Source: Bacteriovoracaceae bacterium
GTDB lineage: Bacteria > Bdellovibrionota > Bacteriovoracia > Bacteriovoracales > Bacteriovoracaceae
Direction of reading: 5' to 3'
Assembly: GCA_048270185.1 (NCBI GenBank)
Contig: JBLWTJ010000003.1
Location: 128,001 to 192,000 of the forward strand
Length of the DNA: 64,000 nucleotides
Shown here: positions 28,452-38,021 of the stretch, one piece after another
How positions within the stretch are numbered: position 1 is the stretch's first letter
Layout: each line of letters begins with the position of its first letter
The notes under the pieces: generated by a model
Databases searched by the model: none
What the model was told of the DNA's origin: nothing
The model's input: only the letters and a program-made list of their open reading frames with translations
Translations under genes and position numbers: made by a program

Positions 28452-30047
28452 TTAGTTCTTTGATTTTAAGTAGTCGTCGTAGCTTATGTACTTATCTTCA
28501 AGGACTTTTCCTGTTTGCGAATCAATGTCAATAATACGATTGGCAACAGTTTGAATGAACTCATGGTCATGTGAAGTAAAGATGAGATTACCTTTAAATC
28601 TTGTGAAACCATCGTTGACTGATGTGATACTTTCTAGGTCAAGGTGATCTGTTGGACCGTCAACAAGAAGAACGTTTGCACCAGAGAGCATAAGCTTAGA
28701 CATCATACAACGAACTTTTTCTCCCCCTGAAAGAACATTTGTCTTCTTAAGGGCCTCTTCTCCTGAGAAGAGCATCTTTCCAAGGAAGCCTCGAATAAAT
28801 GTTTCATCCTTATTTTCTGAGTATTGTCTCAGCCAATTTACAAGGTCGTTCTTTCCGTCCATAAAGTAGCTTGAGTTATCTTTTGGAAAGTATGATTTTG
28901 TAATTGTTACTCCCCATTCAACAGTTCCTGAATCTGGCTCCATTTCACCCATTAGAATTTTCATCAGAGTTGATTTAGCAACATCATTCTCTCCAAGAAG
29001 AACAATCTTGTCGTCTTTGTTGATCATAAACGAGATATTATCAAGAAGCTTTACACCATCAATCGTCTTAGAAATGCCATCGACGCGCAGAATTTCTTTC
29101 CCTGCTTCACGCTTTGGATCAAATTGAACGAATGGGTACTTTCTCGTTGTTTTAGGTAGGTCATTAAGTTCAAGTTTTTCAAGTTGCTTTGCTCTTGAAG
29201 TTGCCTGAGAAGACTTTGAAGCGTTGGCCGAGAATCTTTGAATGAAGGCCTTAAGTTCTTTGGCTTTATCCTCAGCTTTCTTATTTTGATCGGCACGAAG
29301 TTTTTGAGCAAGCTCTGAAGACTTTCTCCAGAAATCGTAGTTACCTGCATATGTAGTAATCTTACCGAAGTCGATATCGGCAATGTGCGTACAAACTTTG
29401 TTTAAGAAGTGACGGTCGTGGGATACAACGATAACTGTCTTTTCATAATTTAAAAGGAAGCTTTCAAGCCACTGAATCGCCTTGATATCAAGGTTGTTTG
29501 TCGGCTCATCCAGTAGAAGAATATCAGGAGAACCAAATAGTGCCTGAGCTAGAAGAACCTTAACTTTTTCTGGCCCTGTCAGCTCTTTCATATATTTGTA
29601 GTGATATTCAGTTCCAATACCAAGTCCCGAAAGTAGAATTCCGGCTTCAGACTCAGCTTCATATCCATTCATTTCTGCAAATTCACTTTCCAGCTCAGCA
29701 GCCTTCATTCCATCTTCATCGCTGAAGTCTTCCTTCATATAGATGGCATCTTTTTCCTTCATAATTGAATAGAGTTTTTCATTCCCCATTAGAACTGCTT
29801 GAAGAACTTGCTCTTCTTCGTAAGCAAAGTGATCCTGTTTAAGAATTGAAAGTCTTTCACCTGGAGTGATATTTACTGAACCAGTATTTGGCTCTATTTC
29901 ACCTGAGAGAATTTTTATAAAAGTTGATTTACCAGCGCCATTGGCCCCAATTAAACCGTAGCAGTTACCTGGAGTGAATTTAATATTAACGTCATCAAAT
30001 AGCTTCTTGCCACCAAAGCTTAGAGCGATATTGGAAGTGGAAATCAT
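28452..30047 (-). CDS. ABC-F family ATPase (YbiT/YkpA-like)
   Basis: Two NBDs without TM segments; GANGAGKST, LLLDEPTNNLD and the RFSANASKSSQATSR linker. Confidence 0.92.
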   Translation of the reverse strand: MISTSNIALSFGGKKLFDDVNIKFTPGNCYGLIGANGAGKSTFIKILSGEIEPNTGSVNITPGERLSILKQDHFAYEEEQVLQAVLMGNEKLYSIMKEKDAIYMKEDFSDEDGMKAAELESEFAEMNGYEAESEAGILLSGLGIGTEYHYKYMKELTGPEKVKVLLAQALFGSPDILLLDEPTNNLDIKAIQWLESFLLNYEKTVIVVSHDRHFLNKVCTHIADIDFGKITTYAGNYDFWRKSSELAQKLRADQNKKAEDKAKELKAFIQRFSANASKSSQATSRAKQLEKLELNDLPKTTRKYPFVQFDPKREAGKEILRVDGISKTIDGVKLLDNISFMINKDDKIVLLGENDVAKSTLMKILMGEMEPDSGTVEWGVTITKSYFPKDNSSYFMDGKNDLVNWLRQYSENKDETFIRGFLGKMLFSGEEALKKTNVLSGGEKVRCMMSKLMLSGANVLLVDGPTDHLDLESITSVNDGFTRFKGNLIFTSHDHEFIQTVANRIIDIDSQTGKVLEDKYISYDDYLKSKN

Positions 30048-30230
30048 AATTTGTCCTTATTTAAAATTGATAAACCTAACTTATTATATTTACTGCATTT
30101 AGTCTATGGATTTAGGGGATAGTTAAAGGGAAATTATTTTCAAGTAAAGCCACTTCATTTTCATAAAAAGATTTTTTTGACCGTGATAAAATCTGACCGT
30201 TTGAATTTTTGAAATTACAAGGAGTTAACG

Positions 30231-31187
30231 ATGAAGACCTATGTGTTGCTATCGGTTCTCTTCCTATTATCCTCTTTGTGGGCGCCGCAAGCACAAGCCG
30301 ATAATTCTAAGGTTAATCGTGTAGCAACTACTTATTTTATTAAGATCTCAAGTGATGGCCATCCCGCTGCCATGCTCGAATTACCTATTAATTATCGCTC
30401 CAAAGAAAAGTGGCCACTTATCATTAATGTCCACGGCTATACCGGCTCAATTTTCTTACAATACATTTTAACAAGATTATCTGTGTACAAAGATATTATG
30501 GGCTTTATGATTCTCACCCCCCAGGCCCGCAAGGATATTAAAGGAGACCGCTATTGGAACGGAGGGAACTTCTGTTGTGACTTCTATCAGTCAGGAGTGA
30601 GTGACACCCTCTATATTAAGAATCTTATCGATCATATTGATGCTAGCCCAAAGTATGGCCGAATAGATCGTAAGCGAATCTATTACTTTGGTCATTCAAA
30701 CGGTGGCTTCTTCTCCTATAAGATGGCCTGTGATTATCCTGATTATGTCACAGCAGTAGCAACCTTAGGAGCATCTCTTGACCTTCGTGATGAGAACGGC
30801 GAGATCATCGTCGAGCAAGACCCGTGTCCGGAAGTTAAGGCGACACCTGTCTTTCATATTCATGGAACTCGTGATGAAACGATTCCCTTTGCTGGACGAG
30901 ACTATGCCCCTCAATACTTATTTGGTCATATTGGAGCTGAAGAAGCCGTGGAGAAGTGGACGCTTCATAATCGTTGTAATACTGATCCCGATAAGTCACG
31001 CACTAATGCTACTTTCTTTGTGCGAGGAAGGGAGACAGTGATTGAAACTTACGGTGATTGTGAAGATGATGCCACAGTTAAATTTGCCATTGTTAAAAAG
31101 GGGAAACACTCTGAGCTGTTGAGATTTCACTTTTATAAGAAGGTTTTAAAATTCCTCCTTAAACAAAGAAATACTTCAGTTGAATGA
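30231..31187 (+). CDS. Secreted alpha/beta-hydrolase (PHB depolymerase/LpqC-like esterase)
   Basis: Signal peptide; HGYT, GHSNGG and HGTRD motifs. Confidence 0.85.
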   Translation: MKTYVLLSVLFLLSSLWAPQAQADNSKVNRVATTYFIKISSDGHPAAMLELPINYRSKEKWPLIINVHGYTGSIFLQYILTRLSVYKDIMGFMILTPQARKDIKGDRYWNGGNFCCDFYQSGVSDTLYIKNLIDHIDASPKYGRIDRKRIYYFGHSNGGFFSYKMACDYPDYVTAVATLGASLDLRDENGEIIVEQDPCPEVKATPVFHIHGTRDETIPFAGRDYAPQYLFGHIGAEEAVEKWTLHNRCNTDPDKSRTNATFFVRGRETVIETYGDCEDDATVKFAIVKKGKHSELLRFHFYKKVLKFLLKQRNTSVE

Positions 31188-31278
31188 ATTCATAATTAAG
31201 GTGCAAATTAATATTTCTTTTCTACTAACAGATTTTTAAAAGTCTATAATGAAAGAAATCAAGAGCAAGGTGGTTAAC

Positions 31279-31740
31279 ATGAGTAAGGAATACCAAATTA
31301 TCTACATCAGCGAGAAAACTAGTGAGTTCAAACCTGATAATGATTTAAATAAAATTATCTCATCTTCGTTTCGAAATAATAACGCCAGAGATGTAACAGG
31401 AGTTCTTATGTATAATGGCGGATTCTTCTTTCAAGTGATTGAAGGGAAGAAGGAAGATGTTGTCTATACCTATAATAAGATTATTCTTGATCCTAGACAT
31501 CAGAACGTCAATTTACTTGCGGATCGTGAAATTGAACATCGCAATTTTGAAGACTGGCCTTTGGCCTTGGTCAAACTAAGTGATGTTGATCTCGATGTGA
31601 TAGATCATATTGTTGCATGGAACGATCTTATTAACTATTCGCGCAAGCACGAGCAGATTTCTGAAGATAAGATTGACCGGTTAATTGAAGCACTTCGCTA
31701 TAAAATTGATATCGATACAGTATCAACGAAAGCAGCTTAA
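31279..31740 (+). CDS. BLUF domain (blue-light/flavin) protein
   Basis: IIYIS, RNN...VTGVL, FFQVIEG, DPRH and RNFEDW motifs; start at M11. Confidence 0.9.
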   Translation: MSKEYQIIYISEKTSEFKPDNDLNKIISSSFRNNNARDVTGVLMYNGGFFFQVIEGKKEDVVYTYNKIILDPRHQNVNLLADREIEHRNFEDWPLALVKLSDVDLDVIDHIVAWNDLINYSRKHEQISEDKIDRLIEALRYKIDIDTVSTKAA

Positions 31741-31777
31741 ACTTTCCTCGCACTTATTGGCATGGTAGAATTCTACC

Positions 31778-33007
31778 ATGAACGATAATGTGAAAATTGC
31801 CATTGTTGGAGGAGGCCCGGCCGGCCTCTTCTGCGCTTATGAATTATTAAACTCTGGCCTTGATAATATTGAAGTTAATCTCTACGAACAAACCGGTGGT
31901 GTTGGAAAGAAATTTCTAGTTGCCGGCAATAGTGGACTTAATCTAACTCATAGTGAAGATTTAGCAACTTTTGCTACTCGCTATGGAAAGAACCATGAAC
32001 TCTTTAGTGAATTAGTTAATGAATTCACTCCTAGCGATCTTGTCAATTGGGCCCAAAGCTTGGGAACAGAAACATTCATTGGAAGTAGTGGACGAATTTT
32101 TCCCAAAAAAATGAAGGCCGCCGATATTCTCTATCAATGGATGAGTTATCTCAAAGATAGACCAAATTTCCATCTCCACCTAAAGCATGCCTTAGAAGCT
32201 ATAACGAATGATGCTGAGCTAGTCTTTCGCCACAATCACAGCCAGAAGGTAGTGAAGGCCGATTACTATATTCTAGCTCTTGGTGGTGGAAGTTGGCAGA
32301 AAACAGGTAGTGACGGTAAGTGGATGGATTTTATTGAAGAACTTGGAGTCACGACTGCACCTCTTAAGCCAATGAATTGTGGTTTTGAAGTAGAGTGGAC
32401 GCCATTATTTCTTGAAAAGGTTGATCGTGGTTTTGTGAAAAATATTACTGTGACAAGTTCAAATGGAGAGTCTTGTCGTGGTGAAATTATGCTTACTCCT
32501 TACGGTATCGAAGGAGGTGCTCTCTATGGTGTTTCTCATCATATACGTGATGAATTAGAATCCAAAGGTAAGGGGATAATATCAATCGATCTAAAACCAG
32601 ACTTAGAGCTTGAAGAAGTCATTAAAAAACTTTCTAAATCGAGTAAGGATTCTTTAACAAATCGACTTCGCAAGAACTTAGGAATTGAAAAAGTTGCTCT
32701 ATCACTTCTTTACGAAGTACTCGATCGCAAGAAGTCTTTTGAAGACGTAAATTATCTTGCAAGAACTATTAAAGAGTTGAAAATAGAGACAAATAAATGT
32801 CGACCTATTGATGAGGCCATCTCAACTTCAGGTGGAGTGTGTTTTAAAGATTTAACTAGCAATCTATCTGCTAAGAAGAATGAGCGCTATTACTTTGTTG
32901 GTGAAATGCTTGATTTTGAAGCGCCTACTGGTGGTTATCTTTTACAAGGATGTTTCTCAACAGCTTACCGAGTAGCAAAGAGTATTAAGGAGAGAGAAGG
33001 TGTTTAA
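31778..33007 (+). CDS. NAD(P)/FAD-dependent oxidoreductase, BaiN/HI0933 family
   Basis: GGGPAG, KFLVAG, GSSGRIFP, AISTSGGV and EAPTGGYLLQ motifs. Confidence 0.9.
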   Translation: MNDNVKIAIVGGGPAGLFCAYELLNSGLDNIEVNLYEQTGGVGKKFLVAGNSGLNLTHSEDLATFATRYGKNHELFSELVNEFTPSDLVNWAQSLGTETFIGSSGRIFPKKMKAADILYQWMSYLKDRPNFHLHLKHALEAITNDAELVFRHNHSQKVVKADYYILALGGGSWQKTGSDGKWMDFIEELGVTTAPLKPMNCGFEVEWTPLFLEKVDRGFVKNITVTSSNGESCRGEIMLTPYGIEGGALYGVSHHIRDELESKGKGIISIDLKPDLELEEVIKKLSKSSKDSLTNRLRKNLGIEKVALSLLYEVLDRKKSFEDVNYLARTIKELKIETNKCRPIDEAISTSGGVCFKDLTSNLSAKKNERYYFVGEMLDFEAPTGGYLLQGCFSTAYRVAKSIKEREGV

Positions 33008-33398
33008 ACTTCACGAAACTTTAGAAAAAGACTTAGTTGAAATTTGTAATTTAAAATTATCAAAACTTATGCTCTTACCAGATAGTGAAAACCCTTGGGT
33101 TGTTCTTGTTCCAATGAGAGATGATATTCGTGAAATTTGTGAGCTTGAGTGGGATGATCAAGTCGAGCTACTGCGAGAAATAAATATGATCAGTCGATAT
33201 TTATCGTCTAATTTTTCCCCTGATAAGCTCAATATTGGGGCCCTTGGGAATATGGTTCCACAATTACATATCCATTTAATTGCAAGATTTAAGACAGATC
33301 GAGCATGGCCTGGTGCGATCTGGGGCACTAAGTCGACTAAAGAAACCCATGATATCAATAAGTTAGAAATCTCTCTGAGAGAAGTGTTTGACGTTTAA
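33000..33398 (+). CDS. HIT domain protein
   Basis: KLNIGALGNMVPQLHIH and DRAWPG motifs; GTG start behind AGGAG. Confidence 0.88.
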   Translation: MFKLHETLEKDLVEICNLKLSKLMLLPDSENPWVVLVPMRDDIREICELEWDDQVELLREINMISRYLSSNFSPDKLNIGALGNMVPQLHIHLIARFKTDRAWPGAIWGTKSTKETHDINKLEISLREVFDV

Positions 33399-33502
33399 TG
33401 ACTTATATTATCAAAATAAATTTTTTTTCCTTTTTCTTAGGAATTGTGGAAAAATTAAGGTAAAATATTTTCATTAAAAACAATTTTTAAGAGGTTAATT
33501 AA

Positions 33503-33700
33503 ATGAGTACAGGTACAGTAAAATTCTACAATTCAGCGAAAGGTTTTGGATTCATCACTAAAGAAGATGGTGGAGATCTATTCTTTCACATTTCATCAGT
33601 TCAAGGTGGAGAGCCACACGATGGTGATAAAGTAGAATATGAATTAGGTGACGGGCCAAAAGGGCCATGTGCTGTAAACGTTAAAGTTGCAAATAACTAA
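33503..33700 (+). CDS. Cold-shock domain protein
   Basis: GTVKFYN, KGFGFI and LFFHIS motifs. Confidence 0.95.
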   Translation: MSTGTVKFYNSAKGFGFITKEDGGDLFFHISSVQGGEPHDGDKVEYELGDGPKGPCAVNVKVANN

Positions 33701-33727
33701 TTTATATACATACATTCATTAAAGAAG

Positions 33728-33755
33728 AAGGCCCACTTTTTGTGGGCCTTTTTTT
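33728..33755. terminator. Intrinsic terminator after the csp gene
   Basis: AAGGCCCAC-TTTTT-GTGGGCCTT followed by a T tract. Confidence 0.85.
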
Positions 33756-34590
33756 ATGAGTTTAATTTAATTCCATCTTTTGAAATCGTAATGATTTTAT
33801 CTTTATAGAGCATTCCAATCGAACTCTTAAAAGTTTTCTTACTCATGCCAAGATAATTCTTAATTTCTTCTGGGCTACTCTTATCGTGAAGAAAGCTTCG
33901 ACCACCATTCTTCTTTAAGAATTCAAGAATAACATCTTTAGAATCCATAAGGTTTTGAACACCTTGGATTTGAAGTGCAACATCAACAAGTCCATCTTCA
34001 CGAATCTTTTTAACAAAGACTCTATAAGTCTTTCCTAAATGAAGTTTTTGAAAGACCTCATTTTGATAAATCATTCCAATGAATTTCTTATTTAGTATAA
34101 CTCGATAACCAAGTTCAGACTTCTGTGCAATTTGAGCATCAACTTCGTCACCAACTTGAATATCGAAGTCAGATCCTTCAATGAATTGTCCTAGCTTAGT
34201 TGTGCCAAAAATACGTCCCGTAGCATCTTCTTTACAGATACGTACGATATGAGATTCAAACTTTCTTACCTTAATCTTTTGCTCATTACCTGGAACAAGT
34301 AGGTCCTTATCAATACCTAAGTCAAAGAAGGCACCAAAGTCTTGAACCTCAACAACGTCAAGAAGTGCATATTCACCAACCTGTCCGTATGGCATCTCAC
34401 TTGTTGCAACGAGATCACCCTGAGTATCAGGGTAGATAAAAACATCAAGTTTATGGCCGTGATTTGTATTGAGGGGAGCGAAGTCGTTAGGCATGAAGAC
34501 TTCATCAGTCTTCTCATCATCAGTTAAGAAGAAGCCGTTATGAGTTTTTCGGCTTACTGTAAGATGGTTTACTTTTCCTATTTGTAACAT
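33754..34590 (-). CDS. cvfB: CvfB family S1 RNA-binding protein
   Basis: GAFFDLGIDKDLLVP and DKSSPEEI...GMSKKTFK...IGMLYK motifs. Confidence 0.9.
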   Translation of the reverse strand: MLQIGKVNHLTVSRKTHNGFFLTDDEKTDEVFMPNDFAPLNTNHGHKLDVFIYPDTQGDLVATSEMPYGQVGEYALLDVVEVQDFGAFFDLGIDKDLLVPGNEQKIKVRKFESHIVRICKEDATGRIFGTTKLGQFIEGSDFDIQVGDEVDAQIAQKSELGYRVILNKKFIGMIYQNEVFQKLHLGKTYRVFVKKIREDGLVDVALQIQGVQNLMDSKDVILEFLKKNGGRSFLHDKSSPEEIKNYLGMSKKTFKSSIGMLYKDKIITISKDGIKLNS

Positions 34591-34867
34591 TTGTTTTTAC
34601 CTTTGCTGGTTTTGGTGCACTATTAGCTTGTGCCTTTTGGGCCCTTTCCTCACGTGTTCCGCGATTCTTAATGATTAGGCCATTTAAAAATTTTCTTAGA
34701 ACCTGATCTCCACATTCTTTATAATTTGGATGATCGTCTTTTCTAAAAAGTGCCGATAATTCGGTCTTAGTCATTTCAAATTCAACAAGTTTTAATATTT
34801 CAATTATTTCAAAATCTTTCAGTGATAATGCAATTCTAAGTTTTTTTAAAATATCGTTATTCGTCAT
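34538..34867 (-). CDS. DUF1456 (YehS-like) protein
   Basis: NNDILKKLRIAL and ECGDQVLRKFLNGLI motifs; 53-nt overlap with cvfB. Confidence 0.85.
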   Translation of the reverse strand: MTNNDILKKLRIALSLKDFEIIEILKLVEFEMTKTELSALFRKDDHPNYKECGDQVLRKFLNGLIIKNRGTREERAQKAQANSAPKPAKVKTNVTNRKSKPSYSKPKNS

Positions 34868-35268
34868 TACTTGCGTCCTAAGTGATCAAGTAGGTCATCA
34901 AGTCCGCGGCGACGACGTTGTTTCTTTTTAAAGATGATTTCTTCTTTTGCTTCTTCTTTTTCTAGTTTCTCTTTTGAGATCTTAGAAGCTAATTTTACCG
35001 ACTTTTCTTTCTTTGCCTCTTCAAAATTATCTTTTGCAATTGATACTTTGACAGTACGTCCATCAAGGACAGTTCCATCAAGAGAGTCGATTGCTTTCTT
35101 AGATGATTTTGCATCGGCCATTTGTATAAAAGCGATTCCGCGACTTTTTTGAGTACCTGGAATTGTCAGTAGATTTACTGATTTCACTTTGCCATAACGT
35201 CCAAAAATTCCTTGGAGTTGTTTTGCATCAATCTTATAATTTAGGTTTCCAATATAAACCGTATTCAT
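34867..35268 (-). CDS. RRM-domain RNA-binding protein
   Basis: RNP2 VYIGNL, RNP1 RGIAFIQM, DGRTVKVSIA; basic tail. Confidence 0.9.
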   Translation of the reverse strand: MNTVYIGNLNYKIDAKQLQGIFGRYGKVKSVNLLTIPGTQKSRGIAFIQMADAKSSKKAIDSLDGTVLDGRTVKVSIAKDNFEEAKKEKSVKLASKISKEKLEKEEAKEEIIFKKKQRRRRGLDDLLDHLGRK

Positions 35269-35380
35269 ATATGCCTCTTAAGTTGTAAATATGGGCCAAC
35301 TTAGCATCATTCAAGGCAAATTTGTGAAAAACCTTTGAAATTAGGTAATAATTACGCTTGGTATAGGACTTAAGTACCTG

Positions 35381-36247
35381 TTAGAAGGAATCCCAAATAA
35401 ATTGAGCAACTTCTCCAAGACCATGTTCCTTCTTATGCCCTAAACAAAAATTGACGCTTACTTTTTTTTCTAGATTTTTAAGATAGACGAGATCCCCTGA
35501 TTTAAGATCATCTTTGATAAGAGTCGCCGGTAGACGCCCCCAACCAAATCCATTTAAAATCATCTCTTTCTTTGATGGGGTATCTGTAACGTGCCATTTT
35601 AGTGCATCTTCATTAATACCAATTTTGATATCATCATCTGGGATGGTACTTCGTTGAATAATTTGTGGATAATTAGCAAGGCTCTTAAAGCTTTGTTCTT
35701 TCTTTGGTAAGTTTAGAAATGGATGATCCTTGGCCACCACTAGATACATATCAACTTCACCAATTTGCTTGTACTCGTAATTCTTAATGCTTGAGAGATC
35801 TTCAAATATTGCAAGATCCACCTTTCCGCTATTTAACATCTTCTCACCACTTAAGATTTCACGTTCGATTATGATCTCTGTTGAGGGAGAAAATTCCATG
35901 GCCTTCTTTATGATCGGGTACAACTTTTCAAGTCCGTAAATTCCTGAAACTGATAAAGTGAGCCTTGTTTCAACGTTAGATGATATTTGTTGAGTCTTTT
36001 GAATTAGCTCATCATATTGATTTGTAAGCTTCTTTGCTTCATTAAGAAATTCACGGCCTTTTTGTGTGATGGTTGGTCGATAAGAATCTCTATCAAGCAA
36101 AGCAAAGCCAACTTGTTCTTCAAGATTGTTAATTGAGTAAATGACCGCTGACTTTGCCTTTGCTAAAAGGTTTGCGGCCTTGGTGAAACTTCCGGCCTGA
36201 TCTAGGGCCTGAAGACATTTTATCTGCTCTATTGTTATCCAAATCAT
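35381..36247 (-). CDS. LysR family transcriptional regulator
   Basis: GSFTKAA...SAVIYSINNLE HTH and GWGRLP motif. Confidence 0.93.
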   Translation of the reverse strand: MIWITIEQIKCLQALDQAGSFTKAANLLAKAKSAVIYSINNLEEQVGFALLDRDSYRPTITQKGREFLNEAKKLTNQYDELIQKTQQISSNVETRLTLSVSGIYGLEKLYPIIKKAMEFSPSTEIIIEREILSGEKMLNSGKVDLAIFEDLSSIKNYEYKQIGEVDMYLVVAKDHPFLNLPKKEQSFKSLANYPQIIQRSTIPDDDIKIGINEDALKWHVTDTPSKKEMILNGFGWGRLPATLIKDDLKSGDLVYLKNLEKKVSVNFCLGHKKEHGLGEVAQFIWDSF

Positions 36248-36361
36248 GGTCTAATTATAGCACAAGATGGTGGGGTTAATGTTCTTTATTTTTAAGGTTT
36301 TTTTGCTACTATTATATCAACAAATTAAGTAATAATTCATAATCGATAACGGAGGAATATT

Positions 36362-36901
36362 ATGAAAAAACTAATGATATTAGCAATTGCTGCTCTAACA
36401 ATGTTTACTGCTGGTGCTGCTCAAATTGATACTGCAAAATCAACTGTATACTGGCAAGGGACTAAGGTAACTGGCCGTCACTTCGGAACAGTTAAAATTA
36501 AATCAGGTGAAATTAAGCTTGAAAAAGGACAACTTGTATCAGGGACTGTCGTTGTTGATATGAACTCTTTCACTGCAACTGACCTACAAGGTGAGTGGCT
36601 TGATAAGCTAAATGGTCACCTTAAGAATGAAGATTTCTTTCATGTTTCAAAGTACCCAACTGCAACTCTTAAAATCAAGAAAGTTGAAGGTTTCACTGTA
36701 ACAGCTGATCTTACAATTCTAGGAAAGACAAATGAAGTTAAATTTCTAGCAGCTAATCAAGGAAATAAATTTGTTGGAACACTTGAATTTGATCGTACAG
36801 AATTTGGTCTTAAATATGGTTCGGCTTCTTTCTTCAAGAGCTTAGGTGATAAAGCGATTGATAACAAAGTAAGCTTAGCATTTGATGTTGTTGTAAAATA
36901 A
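36362..36901 (+). CDS. YceI family periplasmic lipid/quinone-binding protein
   Basis: Signal peptide; WQGTKVTGRHFG, HLKNEDFF and DRTEFG motifs. Confidence 0.9.
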   Translation: MKKLMILAIAALTMFTAGAAQIDTAKSTVYWQGTKVTGRHFGTVKIKSGEIKLEKGQLVSGTVVVDMNSFTATDLQGEWLDKLNGHLKNEDFFHVSKYPTATLKIKKVEGFTVTADLTILGKTNEVKFLAANQGNKFVGTLEFDRTEFGLKYGSASFFKSLGDKAIDNKVSLAFDVVVK

Positions 36902-36947
36902 ATAAAACACTCTCTCAAAATTTATTTTAACATCCAGACAAAAAAAG

Positions 36948-36975
36948 AAGGCCAGCAAATGCTGGCCTTTTCTTT
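36948..36975. terminator. Bidirectional intrinsic terminator
   Basis: AAGGCCAGC/GCTGGCCTT with A and T tracts. Confidence 0.85.
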
Positions 36976-38016
36976 TTATTTTCTTTTTGGATATAAGTGA
37001 TAATAGTAGTCAGTAATGGTCTCTTCATATGAACGATATTTGATGAGTCCTGTCTCAAGTGATTTTGAGTTATCAATTTTTAATTGATGGCCTACATTCT
37101 TACTAACGTACTCGCGAGTAAAGTTGGCCAAAGGCGCAAAAAGCCATAGAGCAGGTTTCGGAAGATGAAGTCTTGGAAAGAGTAATCCACCTACTTTTTT
37201 TCGTAGTGTCTTTCCAATATCAAGTAGATTACAGTTTTCCGCTGATACGATATTTCTTCCACTCATTGATGAATCAAATCCTGCATTAATATGTGCTCTT
37301 GCAACATCTCTAACATCGACTATGGCAAGGTTAATATCAGGACATCCAAGCATCATTGTCCCGTCACAAAATTGTTTAAATATTTTCTTTGACTCATATT
37401 GTGCGTCTTTCTTTATTGCGGGGCCAATAATCCATGATGGATTAATAACGACAAGATCCCATTGATCTTGTTCTGCTACCATTTTCCATGCTTCTTTCTC
37501 TGCTTGTAGCTTTGAGAAAGAATAGGGGGCATGAGTAAGAGAGGAAGTTGTATTCCAATCATTTTCATTAAATGTGAAATTATCTTTTTGGGCCGCATCG
37601 ACACAATCACCAAAAATACTGGCAATACTACTAGTTAGAACAACTCTTTTAATGGAAGATGATTTATTTGCAGACTCAAGGATATTTCTCGTTCCGTTCA
37701 GTGCTGGCTCGATCAATTCTTTTTGTGGGTCTTTCTTTAAATCATAGAAGAAAGGAGAGGCCGTATGAATAATTAATTCACAACCTTCTATCGCTTCTTG
37801 ATAGCTCCCTTCTTCGAGTAAATCAGTTTTAAAGAATCTTATCTTTGATTTATCTTGTGTTAAATCTTGTAAGTGAGCAATCTTAGCTTCATCATCAGGA
37901 CTTCTTACACAACAATGAACACTATAACCATCATCTAGTAGGTATTTTACGATCCAACTAGCTAGGTAACCTGTCGCTCCTGTAACGACAATTGGTTTAT
38001 TCTTATCGATTTCCAT
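36976..38016 (-). CDS. NAD-dependent epimerase/dehydratase (aldehyde/dihydroflavonol reductase-like SDR)
   Basis: TGATGYLA, HTASPF, LTSS and YSFSK motifs. Confidence 0.9.
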   Translation of the reverse strand: MEIDKNKPIVVTGATGYLASWIVKYLLDDGYSVHCCVRSPDDEAKIAHLQDLTQDKSKIRFFKTDLLEEGSYQEAIEGCELIIHTASPFFYDLKKDPQKELIEPALNGTRNILESANKSSSIKRVVLTSSIASIFGDCVDAAQKDNFTFNENDWNTTSSLTHAPYSFSKLQAEKEAWKMVAEQDQWDLVVINPSWIIGPAIKKDAQYESKKIFKQFCDGTMMLGCPDINLAIVDVRDVARAHINAGFDSSMSGRNIVSAENCNLLDIGKTLRKKVGGLLFPRLHLPKPALWLFAPLANFTREYVSKNVGHQLKIDNSKSLETGLIKYRSYEETITDYYYHLYPKRK

Positions 38017-38021
38017 TCTTC

